Below are positions 11,619 through 23,950 of a stretch of 64,000 bases of DNA, piece after piece. Numbering within the stretch: position 1 is the stretch's first letter; every line of letters begins with the position of its first letter. The stretch covers positions 3,420,151 to 3,484,150 of the forward strand of contig NC_069003.1 of NCBI RefSeq assembly GCF_001194135.2. The letters are read 5' to 3'. The notes beneath the pieces are model-generated. The model saw only the letters and a program-made list of their open reading frames with translations. It ran no database searches and was not told the DNA's origin. Position numbers and translations under genes: made by a program. The stretch comes from Octopus bimaculoides (taxonomy: Eukaryota).

Positions 11619-12124
11619 NNNNNNNNNNNNNNNNNNNNNNNNNNNNNNNNNNNNNNNNNNNNNNNNNNNNNNNNNNNNNNNNNNNNNNNNNNNNNNNNNN
11701 NNNNNNNNNNNNNNNNNNNNNNNNNNNNNNNNNNNNNNNNNNNNNNNNNNNNNNNNNNNNNNNNNNNNNNNNNNNNNNNNNNNNNNNNNNNNNNNNNNNN
11801 NNNNNNNNNNNNNNNNNNNNNNNNNNNNNNNNNNNNNNNNNNNNNNNNNNNNNNNNNNNNNNNNNNNNNNNNNNNNNNNNNNNNNNNNNNNNNNNNNNNN
11901 NNNNNNNNNNNNNNNNNNNNNNNNNNNNNNNNNNNNNNNNNNNNNNNNNNNNNNNNNNNNNNNNNNNNNNNNNNNNNNNNNNNNNNNNNNNNNNNNNNNN
12001 NNNNNNNNNNNNNNNNNNNNNNNNNNNNNNNNNNNNNNNNNNNNNNNNNNNNNNNNNNNNNNNNNNNNNNNNNNNNNNNNNNNNNNNNNNNNNNNNNNNN
12101 NNNNNNNNNNNNNNNNNNNNNNNN

Positions 12125-13270
12125 AAATAAATATATCCTCGGTCAAATGAAAGGTATTGTAACTGCACAACTCTCGCATCCTATGTACACGACCTTAAGA
12201 AGAAAAATAAGAAATACTCTCTTGAATGGTCGATTGTATCGAGAGCTCCTTATTTTAGAGCAAATATTAGCAAATGTCTATTGTGTATTAGGGAATCCCT
12301 CGCTATACTTAGGTTGTTTGGGCCGAAAACTTTAAATAAATTCCCTGAAGTGATCCCCTTCTGCAATCATAGGTTTTCCTCCACCTTCTTTAAGGTATAT
12401 AGAAATGAAAATAAAAATAGAAAACAGAGATATAAATAAGATTATTTCTCTGCGTTAAGGTGATTTGAAACCTGGACAATTACATTAGTTACTACAGCCA
12501 ATTTGAATTTTGAATTTTTTTTATTCATGACGTGGACTAGGTTTTCCCTCTTGACTATATAAGCCTGTCTTATAGAAAAAAATAATTTCTTTTGCACGTC
12601 TTGATGTTTGTTTGTAACTGTTACTCTGAAGTGGGGGTCATCACCGGATTGCAATATGACGTGTATGGACTACGGTGGTGAACCCTTGAAATGACCATAG
12701 GTATTTGTGTGTGTTTTAACCTGTGTTTTTGACAAGTTTTTATGAACTTTTGTAAGTTTGGTGGGCAAAGACGGATTTTACCTTTGGAAGTCTGCTATAA
12801 TTACGTGTACCTTGAGGTAAGTACAGGATTTTCTAATATAACTTTAAATGATAAATTATTTAAAAGTTTTTTGTCATTTTAAAGTTTTGTCATCAGATAT
12901 AGTATTTTAGCCGATGGACTATTATAGTATTTTATTTTACTTCATTTTATCTTATTCTATTTTGCTTTATTTGTCTATTTAAAATTTTTCATCGCTTAAT
13001 TTTATACGTATTGGAATTATAAAGAGATATATATTTGTATTGTGTTATATTTTAAACTCAAATTTGATTTATTTGTATGTTATTAGTAGAAAAAAAGAAA
13101 AAAAATTTATATTGTGTGTTTTATGTTGTATTTTATTTTTTATATATATTTTCTTATGTATTTGTGGACTTTGATATATTTCTTTATATGTAATCGTTTA
13201 TTGGGGGGACTGTTTTATGTTGAGTCGTTGACCCAAATGTAATGCTTTTATTCCGTAACTAATAAGTTTA
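12125..13270 (+). mobile_element. Penelope-like element 3' end: GIY-YIG endonuclease C-terminus plus 3' region
   Basis: A stop-free frame at 12131-12438, absent from the ORF track, reads RSNERYCNCTTLASYVHDLKKKNKKYSLEWSIVSRAPYFRANISKCLLCIRESLAILRLFGPKTLNKFPEVIPFCNH. This matches the PLE pattern T.LS.YIW.LK....Y.I.W.I...A.......C.LCL.E...I.....LNKR.E....C.H. The 5' part is lost in the gap, and the 3' boundary is approximate. Confidence 0.75.
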
Positions 13271-13389
13271 TATATATATTAGAAATATCTTAGATATTCT
13301 CCAACTGCGTGGGCCTACAGCCGACACAAAACATATCTAATGCGACTTCTTTATCAATGTACAAATATTTGTACACACATATATATATA

Positions 13390-13429
<40 letters not shown>

Positions 13430-13464
13430 CGTGTATACATTACTAGATATATTAAATAATCAGC

Positions 13465-13600
13465 GGTAAATAACTTCCTTCCCAGCCAAATGGTTTTGGT
13501 TCAGTCCAACTGCGTAGCACCTTCGTCAACTGTGTTCTACTATAGTCTCGAGGCAACGAAAGAGGATTTGGTAGACGGAAACGGAAAGAAGCCCGTCGTA
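13465..13600 (+). mobile_element. SINE family B, degenerate 5' half
   Basis: ggttcagtccaactgcgtagcacctt...ttctactatagtctcg...ggatttggtagacggaaacggaaagaagcccgtcgta. Confidence 0.8.
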
Positions 13601-13627
13601 TCTATCTAATTATATCTCTCTCACTTC

Positions 13628-13688
<61 letters not shown>

Positions 13689-13734
13689 CATATGTATGTT
13701 TGTATGTGTATATGTATTATGTAGGTACGTGTGA

Positions 13735-13863
13735 GTGGAGGCGCAATGGCCCAGTGGTTAGGACAGCTGACTCGCAGTCATAGGATCGCGGTTTCGATTC
13801 CCAGACCGGGCGTTGTGAGTGTTTATTGAGCGAAAGCTCCACGCGGCTCCAGCATGGGATGGT
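13735..13863 (+). mobile_element. tRNA-derived SINE family A, 5' half
   Basis: gtggaggcgcaatggcccagtggttagg (A box) ... ggtttcgattccc (B box); near-identical heads occur at 22026 and 45103. Confidence 0.9.
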
Positions 13864-14184
13864 TACATGTATGTAATTTTCTATTTTTTCTAATATTTCC
13901 TTACATGTCACTCCTTAAGATGTAATTTTTTGCGATTCCTATTAGCAAATGACACACGTCTAATTGAAAATAAATGATAATAATAAAATTTCACTTCCTG
14001 TTTTGTTATACCAATACCCTACAAATAATATTGTAACTCTCAATTTCAACATCCAGCATCAACTGTGGACACTTATAATGGAATGTGCTAGAGGAAACAA
14101 ATGGAATTTACATAGATACATATGTCTCGCTCTCTCTCTGTCACTCTCTCTCTCTCTGTCACTCTCTCTCTCTCTCTCTCTCTT

Positions 14185-14236
<52 letters not shown>

Positions 14237-14704
14237 TATATGCATACACACACACTCAAATATATATACACACAGCGGAAGTGTGAGGCAGATATATATG
14301 GGTGTACGCTTGTATGCATACATATACATACATATTCACACACGAACTCATCACGTTATATAGACTTACATACACACCTCTATATACCAAAATAGCACGC
14401 ACCTATCTAAATACTAAGAGAAATTTGTATATTACACAGCATTACTGGCATCGAACTTAGTATGTCAAAAGATTCTTTTTATGCTATTCCTGCGCGGAAG
14501 CATTTTGAATACGCGTATCACGACATTTCAATGCACGTGTCGTTGAACCTTCCGACTATTTCGTGTGTGTCACTGTTCTGTAATTATATATGTGCGTATG
14601 TATACCTACTGTTAGCACCTTGCTGCTATGCGTGGGGTAAATCAAAGTAGAGGGAACAGAATGATGCGAATCGAGCTTTGTAAACTCATCTACCTTCCGA
14701 AATA

Positions 14705-15152
14705 TTATATTCGTTTCAAATTTTGGCTCTAACTTCGTGATATCGAGTGAGGGTTTAAGTCGATTACATCAGCGCCAGTGCTCAATTGGCATTTTTTTTA
14801 TATCGACCCTGGAAGGATGAAAACAAAAGTCAACGTTGGCGGAATTTGAACGTAAAGACGATTGAAATGTCACTAACCAATTTTTTTAGCGTGCTACCGA
14901 ATCTGATAGCTTGCCGCCTTATAACAAAATATGACATTGGTTTCGAATTCCTGCTCTAGGCCAGCAATTTTGAAGGAAGGGGTAAGTCGATTACCTCGAC
15001 ACCCAATGTTCAGCTGCTACTTACTTTATCGACCTCAAAAGTGATAACAGGCTTAGTCGACCTCGGCGGAATTTGAACTCCAAAAGTAAAGTCGTATGAA
15101 ATACCGCTAAGCAATTTGCCCGGCGCGGTAACGATTCTGCATCTTGCTACCT
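14705..15152 (-). mobile_element. Two head-to-tail copies of tRNA-derived SINE family C
   Basis: Each copy shows ttatcgacc...aaggatgaa/aagtgataa...gtc(a/g)ac...ggcggaatttgaac...; the heads end at ~14918 and ~15152. Confidence 0.8.
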
Positions 15153-15777
15153 TGACCTAAAATACGTTATGCATTCAATATACACCCCCGTATAGAAGCT
15201 TATCATCGAAAATCAGGTACCAGAATAGACAAGTATTTCCTCATATTAGTTAAATTATAGAATGATGATTTCAAATATTTTCTACATATGTCAGCTGGCA
15301 TTGAGGTTAGTATAAACGGAAAGATTTAGATCAAATTATTCAAGTATAAACATAAATATCTTCTAAATCTCTTAGTTGTAACTTGGTAAACAACTTCAGA
15401 TAAGGACATCTCGAATACTATTTTAAAAGCTTAGAGAAGCAGAAGATAAAAACCGGACTGCAGTATTTCCGTTGTATAACCGGTCAGAGAGCAATGAGAT
15501 GCCGAGAGACATATCTGTACAAGAGACAACGTTATAGAATACATTTTTAAAAAATTTCTTTCAACCACTGGACTCCCGGTTATACTGGAGCAGGGGACAG
15601 TAGAGTGTTAATCGATCATATTGACGATAGTGTTAGTGCTTAATCATGCATGTATGTTAACGAATTCTGATCAGCTAAAAGCTAATTAAAGAAAAAGAAA
15701 ACAGCGGGAAGATAATTCATTTTTACGTTATCTTTGTGTATCATCCATGACAAGAATTTGTCATACTACGACACACG

Positions 15778-15809
<32 letters not shown>

Positions 15810-16047
15810 ACGTACATATACGCACACATACGCACAGAATCTCAGACATAGTCACGTGCGCACATACAGGCGTTTGCACGTGTCTATGGGTATAGCTGTA
15901 GCTGAGCGTGCTCGTTTTCCTGAATTTATACACACTCGTGCGCATACAACTATATATATATATATATATATGTATGTATTGGCGATAACTATTAATTTCC
16001 AGTACCGCTGCCGTAGTCTCCTTTAGAGAGACTTAGAAATATTAATA

Positions 16048-16078
<31 letters not shown>

Positions 16079-16110
16079 ATCTCTNNNNNNNNNNTATATA
16101 TATATATATA

Positions 16111-16544
16111 TAGCAAATGAAAGACAGATGATGGAATATACGAGAATTTATTATTAAGCACGGCAATTGTTTCGACACATCTAGCATCGATTCCTCTTGG
16201 GTGGAACACTCAACAACTGGTTCAGGGACATCTGGTGGTGCAAATGTATCTCGTCGGGTGGTAAATAAATACAATTCGCTAAAGTTACTATTCCGCACTT
16301 TAACTTCACGCTTTGTAGAAAGAAAAACACCAAAACGGTGGAGATAGAAGGTCAAAAATAAAATCACAGATAACAAAAAGAGAAGCGAACATCCAGCGAG
16401 AAAAGTATTGAAAATAAGCGTTAACAGGTATGGATGTAGAAACGGCCTCGGACAAGCTGCATGGCGCGAGTTCACAGGCTCATGCAAGAGTCGTGATTAA
16501 TGATAAATTCTCGTATAATTCCATCTTCTGTCTTTAATTCGTTA
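16111..16544. mobile_element. MITE / non-autonomous DNA element with ~53-bp terminal inverted repeats
   Basis: 16113-16164 versus the reverse complement of 16490-16542 matches at 45 of 53 columns by hand; both ends abut TA runs. Confidence 0.8.
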
Positions 16545-16627
16545 TATATATAACGATCACTCTGAAAGTGACCGTGCTTTACCAGTAAGCTACCAAGTGT
16601 AAACCATTCATTCTATTATCCATTTGC

Positions 16628-16661
<34 letters not shown>

Positions 16662-16762
16662 CAGAACTTTCTCTCAATATATTTGATAACACCAGTTGAT
16701 ATCCGCATTTAAAAAAATCCCTAACAAGGAAATTACATCCTCAATATTTTTATATATGTATA

Positions 16763-16809
<47 letters not shown>

Positions 16810-17630
16810 GTATGTATGTATACACTCGAACGAATGATTTCGAAGAGAGAAGGAAATCGGTAGCCAATCAGATTACCGAACGCGTTGATTTATCTGCATC
16901 AGTCTTCTAGAAACGCGTGTCGTAAGGAAATTTGAGAAAACAAGATTGGCAAATATAACGTTCGGGAAATAATTCATGTTTGAGGCTGGTAGATGGGGTG
17001 ATGATCTTCATATATTATCGTGTCTGCAGGAAATTAAATAGATTCTTGAATAATGATCCATAACTCAACATCAAAACAGAAGATAATATGAATTTAATTT
17101 ACACCTAAGTGAAATACTTAGAAAATAAAATTGAAACTAAGTACATTTCGTGCATTTTGGAAGGGAATGAAAGTGATAAGAATCCTATGAGGGGGTTTCA
17201 AGAATAAGTTGGGTAATATTTGAAAATTAAGAATGATATCAAAAAACATAATTTGTTCATCGCTGAATTGAAACGTATAACACGCTCGTTATTCATGAAA
17301 GGATACACATATTTTTACGAATGCATACATTAAAGGAGTTTCACAAATTTAGAGGGATTTCAATACATGGTACGTACTTACATAGAATTATACAGATAAA
17401 TGCACGCACACACACGCAAACATAAACATGTCCACGTAAACTAACAAACTTGTATGTATACATGATTATGTATGTGTTGGTGTCTCATTGCATGTGTGTA
17501 TGAGTAGGAAGTATCTGTATGGTGTAGTTTCGAGTGGCTGCCGACAGGTGTACATAAATGATTTTAGAGTGTGCGATACTCTTTTCAAATGTTGATAATG
17601 GGTTTTAAACTTGATGCCTCAACGTACATT

Positions 17631-17687
<57 letters not shown>

Positions 17688-18287
17688 GTGTGTGTGTGTG
17701 TACGTATGTAGGCATATGTAAATAAGTTTGACAAGTAGCAAGTATCATATTGTAAATATATTGCATGTGTGTCTATATGTATATATATACATATAGATAC
17801 GTAAATATATATATATATATATATGCATGTATATATATATGTGTATATATTTACATGTATATATATATCAATATAAACCTATATACATATATATATGCGT
17901 GTGTGTATCTAAATATGTGTATATATACATGCATACAAATATAGACAAGAACATGTATATACAGACATACATATTTTTATAAGCACATGTATATAACTAT
18001 TCAGTTATCTATAGATCAATTTATGCACATAGATGCACACACACACACACACACACATATATACATACATAAATATATGTATATACATTTACGCATTCCT
18101 ATATGCGCGTGCATGCATTGTATAATAGACCAAGTCGTTAAATCACAAAGCCACAGGCGCACGTAAATATATATGCACTCATACAAACACACACACACAC
18201 ACACACACAAATATATATATATATATACATACACACATTGTAGAATAAGCCAAGTTGTTAAAACACATAAACGCACATAAATATATA

Positions 18288-18332
<45 letters not shown>

Positions 18333-18533
18333 AAGATATGATATGAATATATGTTTGGATGTATCTGTGATTGGTTTTTAAACTTAGATGTGTCGTGACA
18401 CCTAACATTAAAATCAATACTACTTTCCTTCTCTGAACCTTAAATATAATAGTTTTCATTTTTCCAACTTTTCTAAATATTTTTAAAATTAAAGCAAGCG
18501 ATACGACTCTAACTTATTTCTATGGTAATAAAA

Positions 18534-18584
18534 ATATTTAATATTTTCACATATTTAATATTTTCACATATTTAATATTTTCAC
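18534..18584. repeat. 17-bp unit x3 (atatttaatattttcac)
   Basis: Three perfect tandem copies. Confidence 0.95.
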
Positions 18585-18725
18585 ATTATACATCGAATAA
18601 TGTAAAAAATCATATCAATATCTATCATTCGTTTCCTAATTGTTCTTCATATTTAATAATACAAATAATCTATCTACATATCTATATATCTATCTATTAC
18701 ATACAAACATCTAATTGTCTACGTA

Positions 18726-18764
<39 letters not shown>

Positions 18765-19160
18765 AAACTATATATACTCAGACATGTGTGTGTGTGTATA
18801 TGGATATATATGCGGGTATATATTTAGTGAGATAAATTAACATATATATATATATACACACACACACACTTATATATGCATGAATATTGAGCTCACAATT
18901 CTTTTTTTTAAATACTAGATTGTTTTAGCTAACCTATGAATTTCCTTTCAATACCATTAAAGACAAGTACTCTCGTTTTAAAAAGTTACTTATGCAACGT
19001 ATATATTTAAATGCCTATATTTGCATATATAACATTTATTTTAATTTCGTATTCTATTAAATTGTATATATATTTGTGGATGACCATGTGTGATTCTGTT
19101 TCTGTGTGTACGTTCATATATTAGCTTTCATATATAGATATGCTGAGTTTTTACTCATCG

Positions 19161-19198
<38 letters not shown>

Positions 19199-19457
19199 TG
19201 TTTTCTATTACATCTTTAAATAAATCGCATAAATCTTTTTTACGTCTATTCGCTAGCAATTTTCAAATTTCTGCTGATATTAGCTCTGCTTTTATTTTAT
19301 GTCTTGGAAATAATTATATATTAAATTCTGTTAAGCTCTGTTTTAGAGATTTCTTAAGTATTTTAATATTTGTTTTCTTTTTAAATTTATGCCGGCACAA
19401 GCAAGCGCGCACACAATCGCATACAAACACATATTCACATGCACACACTCACACACC

Positions 19458-19494
<37 letters not shown>

Positions 19495-19564
19495 CAATAT
19501 CAACAACGCATAAGCATATACAGAAAGACTCACACAAACATATATATATACATATGTATGTGTG

Positions 19565-19894
19565 TTGGCACTCCGTCGGTTACGACGACGTCGAGGGTTC
19601 CATTTGATCCGATCAACGGAACAGCCTGCTCGTGGAATTAACGTGCAAGTGGCTGAGCACTCCACAGACACGTGTACCCTTAACGTAGTTCTCGGGGATA
19701 TTCACCGTGACACAGTGTGACAAGGCTGACCCTTTGAATTACAGGCACAACAGAAACAGGAAGAAAGAGCGAGAGGAAGTTGTGCTGAAAGAGTACAGCA
19801 GTGTTCACCACCCACCCCCTGACGGAGCCTCGTGGAGCTTGAGGTGTTTTCGCTCAATAAACAGTCACAGCTCCCGGTCTGGGAATCGAAACCG
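19565..19894 (-). mobile_element. SINE family A, near full length (head truncated)
   Basis: Reverse complement of the 45103-45483 body (gcactccgtcg.ttacgacg.cgagggttcca...cgtagttctcggggatattca...ccggtctgggaatcgaaaccg). Confidence 0.92.
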
Positions 19895-20139
19895 TGTTTG
19901 TCTTTTGATGACGGTTGTCGCTCTGACAGATATTGTTATATTCCAAAGTCGTCGATAGAATGGTTCTGTTTGGCACTGAACGACCCCCAGTCGTACAGTG
20001 TTATTATCCTCAAAAAGGTTAGATTGTTATAACGTCAGTTTAATATCACAGTATAATTACTATACCAGCACAGACATGACTATCTACACTGTCTACACGT
20101 ACTCTCTTACTCTACGTACTCTTTTGAAACCGGCCGACG

Positions 20140-20340
20140 TCACCTTATTTATAGTGGGAGGGATGCACCATTATTACTAATTACTTATAACATGGAGAAA
20201 TTAAAAATATTACTGGAATCTTCACAGAAACATTGACAAAAATATTGGATAAACTCCTGGCGACGATTGCGGATCAGCCAAGCATTTCAGGGTACACTCA
20301 GGGTTGATCGATTGCTAGAAACCAACCACAGACTAACTTC
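20140..20340 (+). mobile_element. CR1/L2-group LINE 3' fragment
   Basis: IKNITGIFTETLTKILDKLLATIADQPSISGYT resembles the LRNITG..V..FK..LDK.L..IPD.P...GY C-terminus of invertebrate CR1-like LINEs. Confidence 0.5.
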
Positions 20341-20489
20341 TACCTATAGAGCGACAACAAAATTGAAAGAAAATAAGTTAATGCGGTGCTCCAGCAAGGC
20401 CACGGTTCTACGACTGAAGTCATTAAAAGAGTAAAACATCAAAAAATTCCTGAGTAACCCTCCTCACGCTTCTCCAATAAAATCAGTCT

Positions 20490-21130
20490 CCGTAGCCTCG
20501 CCGCCGTTGTCACCAATAATATTACTACTTAGGTCCGCGACGTCTGTCAATGCCACCGATACAGCATCGCCCTCACCACCTTCGCTGTAATCGTCACAAT
20601 GCCGACAACATTCAGCGAAACGATAATCAGCAGCACCAGCAGCGGTGGCACCACTACCATCACCACCACCACCACCACCACCACCAACCCCGCCAACTTA
20701 AACTATCTCTATCCTTCATCTCCCACTCCGTCTTCACCACTTCAACGACGACCTCGAGCGCAACCCCAGCTGTGAGGGCCGAAACCATTCCAACCAACGC
20801 CACTTACACCACCACCACCACCATCACGAGCGCTACTGGTACGATATCTACTGCCAAAGCCACCAACCACCACCATCAGATGTGCAAAGGCATCCACCAT
20901 TACCACACTTACACCTCTACTACTACTACAACAACAACAAAAATTATTGCCGATCCCATTACTTTTAAAGCCATACACTTCACCTCGACGACCACCACCA
21001 CTTTCACAAAGGCGACATCCGCCACAACGACTATCAACCACTTTCCTCCACCACCACCACCATTCACCACCATTCACCACCACTATCACAGCAGTACTAC
21101 AACCAACACTATAATTATGCTGCAAAAGTC
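20490..21130. repeat. Degenerate (CAC/ACC/ACT)n low-complexity tract
   Basis: Runs of cac/acc/act triplets; source of the His/Thr-rich ORF 20550-21374. Confidence 0.8.
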
Positions 21131-21172
21131 CTCCAATTACAGATACAGCACGTGTTTTACACTGATGTTCGC

Positions 21173-21231
<59 letters not shown>

Positions 21232-22025
21232 CAGACACACACACAATTAGAGAGATAAACGGAAGTGGAATGGTTACCACCGGAAATAGAAATTGTATTT
21301 TTAGTTCAGTTGCCCGGAAACTAGCCTTATTGAGTCAACTTTGCTCGATGGCGTGTTATCTACGTAACATATAAAGTAATTTTGTATCTGCAGGAGTTAA
21401 AAACAAATTTGTAATTAGTGTTGTAAATTGAGTTGATCTGATTGGAAAAACGTTTTTCTTGTCTTTGATAGTCTTATCAAATTATCTTTGATTAATTATC
21501 TTAGGTTTTCTTTTAAGTTTTTATTGTTAACGTGATTTTCGCTAGTAGTTCGCTCGTAGTGTTCTTATTAAAACTCGTTATCATCATCAGCTTCTAGATA
21601 TTTGTAAACGTTTCTTTTCCTACATGGAATATTTGATCAAGACAAGCTTACTGTTCTACTAATGGTAGTATTTTAGTATGACACAATGCAGTTGTGCTCT
21701 GTTCGCTGTTGTTTTTGTAGCTGCTATCGTTGGTAGAGTTACTGCTACTAGCCATGCTCCTGTTCTTGATGTTGTTGCTGTTGTTCTTGTCTTAACTTCA
21801 AGCCGGTTCTGTTGAAGCAGATCTATGAAAGGAAACGCTACAGTAGTGAACACCCCTTGCTTTATTTTCTGCAACAGAATTTCTATATCTACGCCTCTTT
21901 TCTTCAGAAGAGACTTTCTGATTTAATAAAATTCAGTCGATGAGAGATTCGTCAGAAAGTACTAACCGGCTGCATATGTTGTCGTGCCGTAGAGCGTTTC
22001 TTAAAATAACGCACTATTACACGTA

Positions 22026-22150
22026 GTGGAGGCGCAATGGCCCAGTGGTTAGGGCAGCGGACTCGCGGTCATAGGATCGTGGTTTCGATTCCCAGACCGG
22101 GCATTGTGAGTGTTTATTGAGTGAAAACACCCAAAGCTCCACGAGGCTCC
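22026..22150 (+). mobile_element. SINE family A, 5' half
   Basis: gtggaggcgcaatggcccagtggttagggcagcggactcgcggtcataggatcgtggtttcgattcccagaccggg. Confidence 0.92.
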
Positions 22151-22506
22151 ACAAAATGTGTTGTTTCCAATATTCTGTCCACACCCTGTGAAAATAAATA
22201 TTTTTTAGCCGAATTCTAACTTTTGCGACTTTGAGTTTCACCCCAATTTCATTTCAGGTGAGAGCTATTAAATCTCAAGTGGATGCTTATTTATAAATAG
22301 ACGGAGAAAATGTTCCATTTGTTTATATTTTATATAGAAGGTTTGATTTGCTTTGCAAGTGCTTCAGTGCAATAGCTAAAATTGCGTTTCATTATACAAG
22401 TATATGCTGTCGATCTAAATATGATATTTTCCACTTTTATGCAGTCTCCTCATTAATGTTTTTTACACAAAAATAAATAAATTAGAAGAAAATAGTTAAC
22501 AGTATA

Positions 22507-22900
22507 GGCGCAGGAGTGGCTGTGTGGTAAGTAGCTTGCTTACCAACCACATGGTTCCGGGTTCAGTCCCATTGCGTGGCACCTTGGGCAAGTGTCTTCT
22601 ACTATAGCCTCGGGCCGACCAAAGCCTTGTGAGTGGATTTGGTAGACGGAAACTGAAAGAAGCCCGTCGTATATATGTATATATACATATGTATATGTAT
22701 ATGTGTTTGTGTGTCTGTTTGTCCTCCCGCCATCGCTTGACAACCGATGCTGGTGTGTTTACGCCCCCGTAACTTAGCGTTTCGGCAAAAAGAGACCGAT
22801 AGAATAAGTACTAGGCTTTCAAAGAATAAGCCCTGGGGTCGATTTTCTCGACTAAAGGCGGTGCTCCAGCAGTCAAATGACTGAAACAAGTAAAAGAGTA
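22507..22900 (+). mobile_element. SINE family B, full length, CORE-like box and internal microsatellite
   Basis: Head ggcgcaggagtggctgtgtggtaag...ggttccgggttcagtccc, then gtggcaccttgggcaagtgtc (resembles the MIR CORE gtgaccttgggcaagt), an internal (TA/TG)n run, and the 3' end gactgaaacaagtaaaagag. Octopus CORE-SINEs (OR2) are known, but I cannot confirm this assignment. Confidence 0.92.
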
Positions 22901-22978
22901 TTTATTGACGTTCCCATTGCCCTGTCCACCACTCTATGTATATAAATACATACATTCACGCACGACGGCGCGCATATA

Positions 22979-23010
<32 letters not shown>

Positions 23011-23289
23011 GGTGTGTGTGTGTGCGTGTGCGTGCGTGTGTGTGTGCGTGCGCGTGCGTGTGCGTGCGCGTGCGTGTCGCTGTTCATCCATCCATCAATC
23101 TCTCTCTCTCTCTCCGTATTATTTATATATATATATGGGGAGAGCAATGAAGATTGATATTAGCAATGGGAGTTTGAACGACAATCCTGAAAATTTCTTC
23201 TCGCCCAATTAATGATGTCGCTGCTTCTATTTAACGTTGCTGCTTCTATTTTGTTTCTGGGGTTTCTTCAATTTTCGTCTTTTTTCTTA

Positions 23290-23324
<35 letters not shown>

Positions 23325-23634
23325 TCGTGTTTGTGCCTGACTTTGCGACAAGTCGTTTCATCAGGGAATTATTTTCAACAGATGTCAACGAATTTTTCTT
23401 CTGTTCTAATTTGTGTAAAGGTATTCGTTTACATTGAGACACACACACAAAGACGAATGCACACCCACTAACATGTCCACGAGGGCGCACACGCGCTAAA
23501 CACAGACACTCACGCATACACACAGACACACATACACATATACAAACGAAGAAAAATACATTCACTCATTCAATTGTTTAAATCTGCAAACACAACGCTT
23601 AAAATATAATTACTCAATATAACCATCAATATAG

Positions 23635-23792
23635 TCATGGTCGTGTTGGAAGAATCTTGTTTTCAAACCACATGCTTCCAGGTTCAGTCCCAAGCGTGGG
23701 GTCTTGGTCAAGTATCTTCTACCATAGCTACGGGTTGACAAAAGCCTTGTGAATGGATTTGCTAAACAGAAAGTGAAAGAAGCAGGGTTCAT
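23635..23792 (+). mobile_element. SINE family B, 5' half
   Basis: ggttcagtcccaagcgtgggtcttggtcaagtatcttctaccatagc...aaagccttgtgaatggattt. Confidence 0.8.
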
Positions 23793-23913
23793 ATATATNN
23801 NNNNNNNNNNNNNNNNNNNNNNNNNNNNNNNNNNNNNNNNNNNNNNNNNNNNNNNNNNNNNNNNNNNNNNNNNNNNNNNNNNNNNNNNNNNNNNNNNNNN
23901 NNNNNNNNNNNNN

Positions 23914-23950
<37 letters not shown>

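Noticed and set aside
13735-13810. tRNA genes at SINE heads (13735, 22026, 45103, 22507)
   Set aside because: A/B boxes are present, but the heads continue into shared SINE bodies without a complete acceptor stem or terminator.
20550-21374. 274-aa His/Thr-rich ORF as a mucin-like or His-rich gene
   Set aside because: It is built from degenerate CAC/ACC triplets, switches composition mid-way and runs through a (TA)n tract. There is no signal peptide or splice support.
21678-21815. Short plus-strand ORF MTQCSCALFAVVFVAAIVGRV... resembling a signal peptide
   Set aside because: The hydrophobicity derives from degenerate GTT/GCT repeats; it is 45 aa with no other support.
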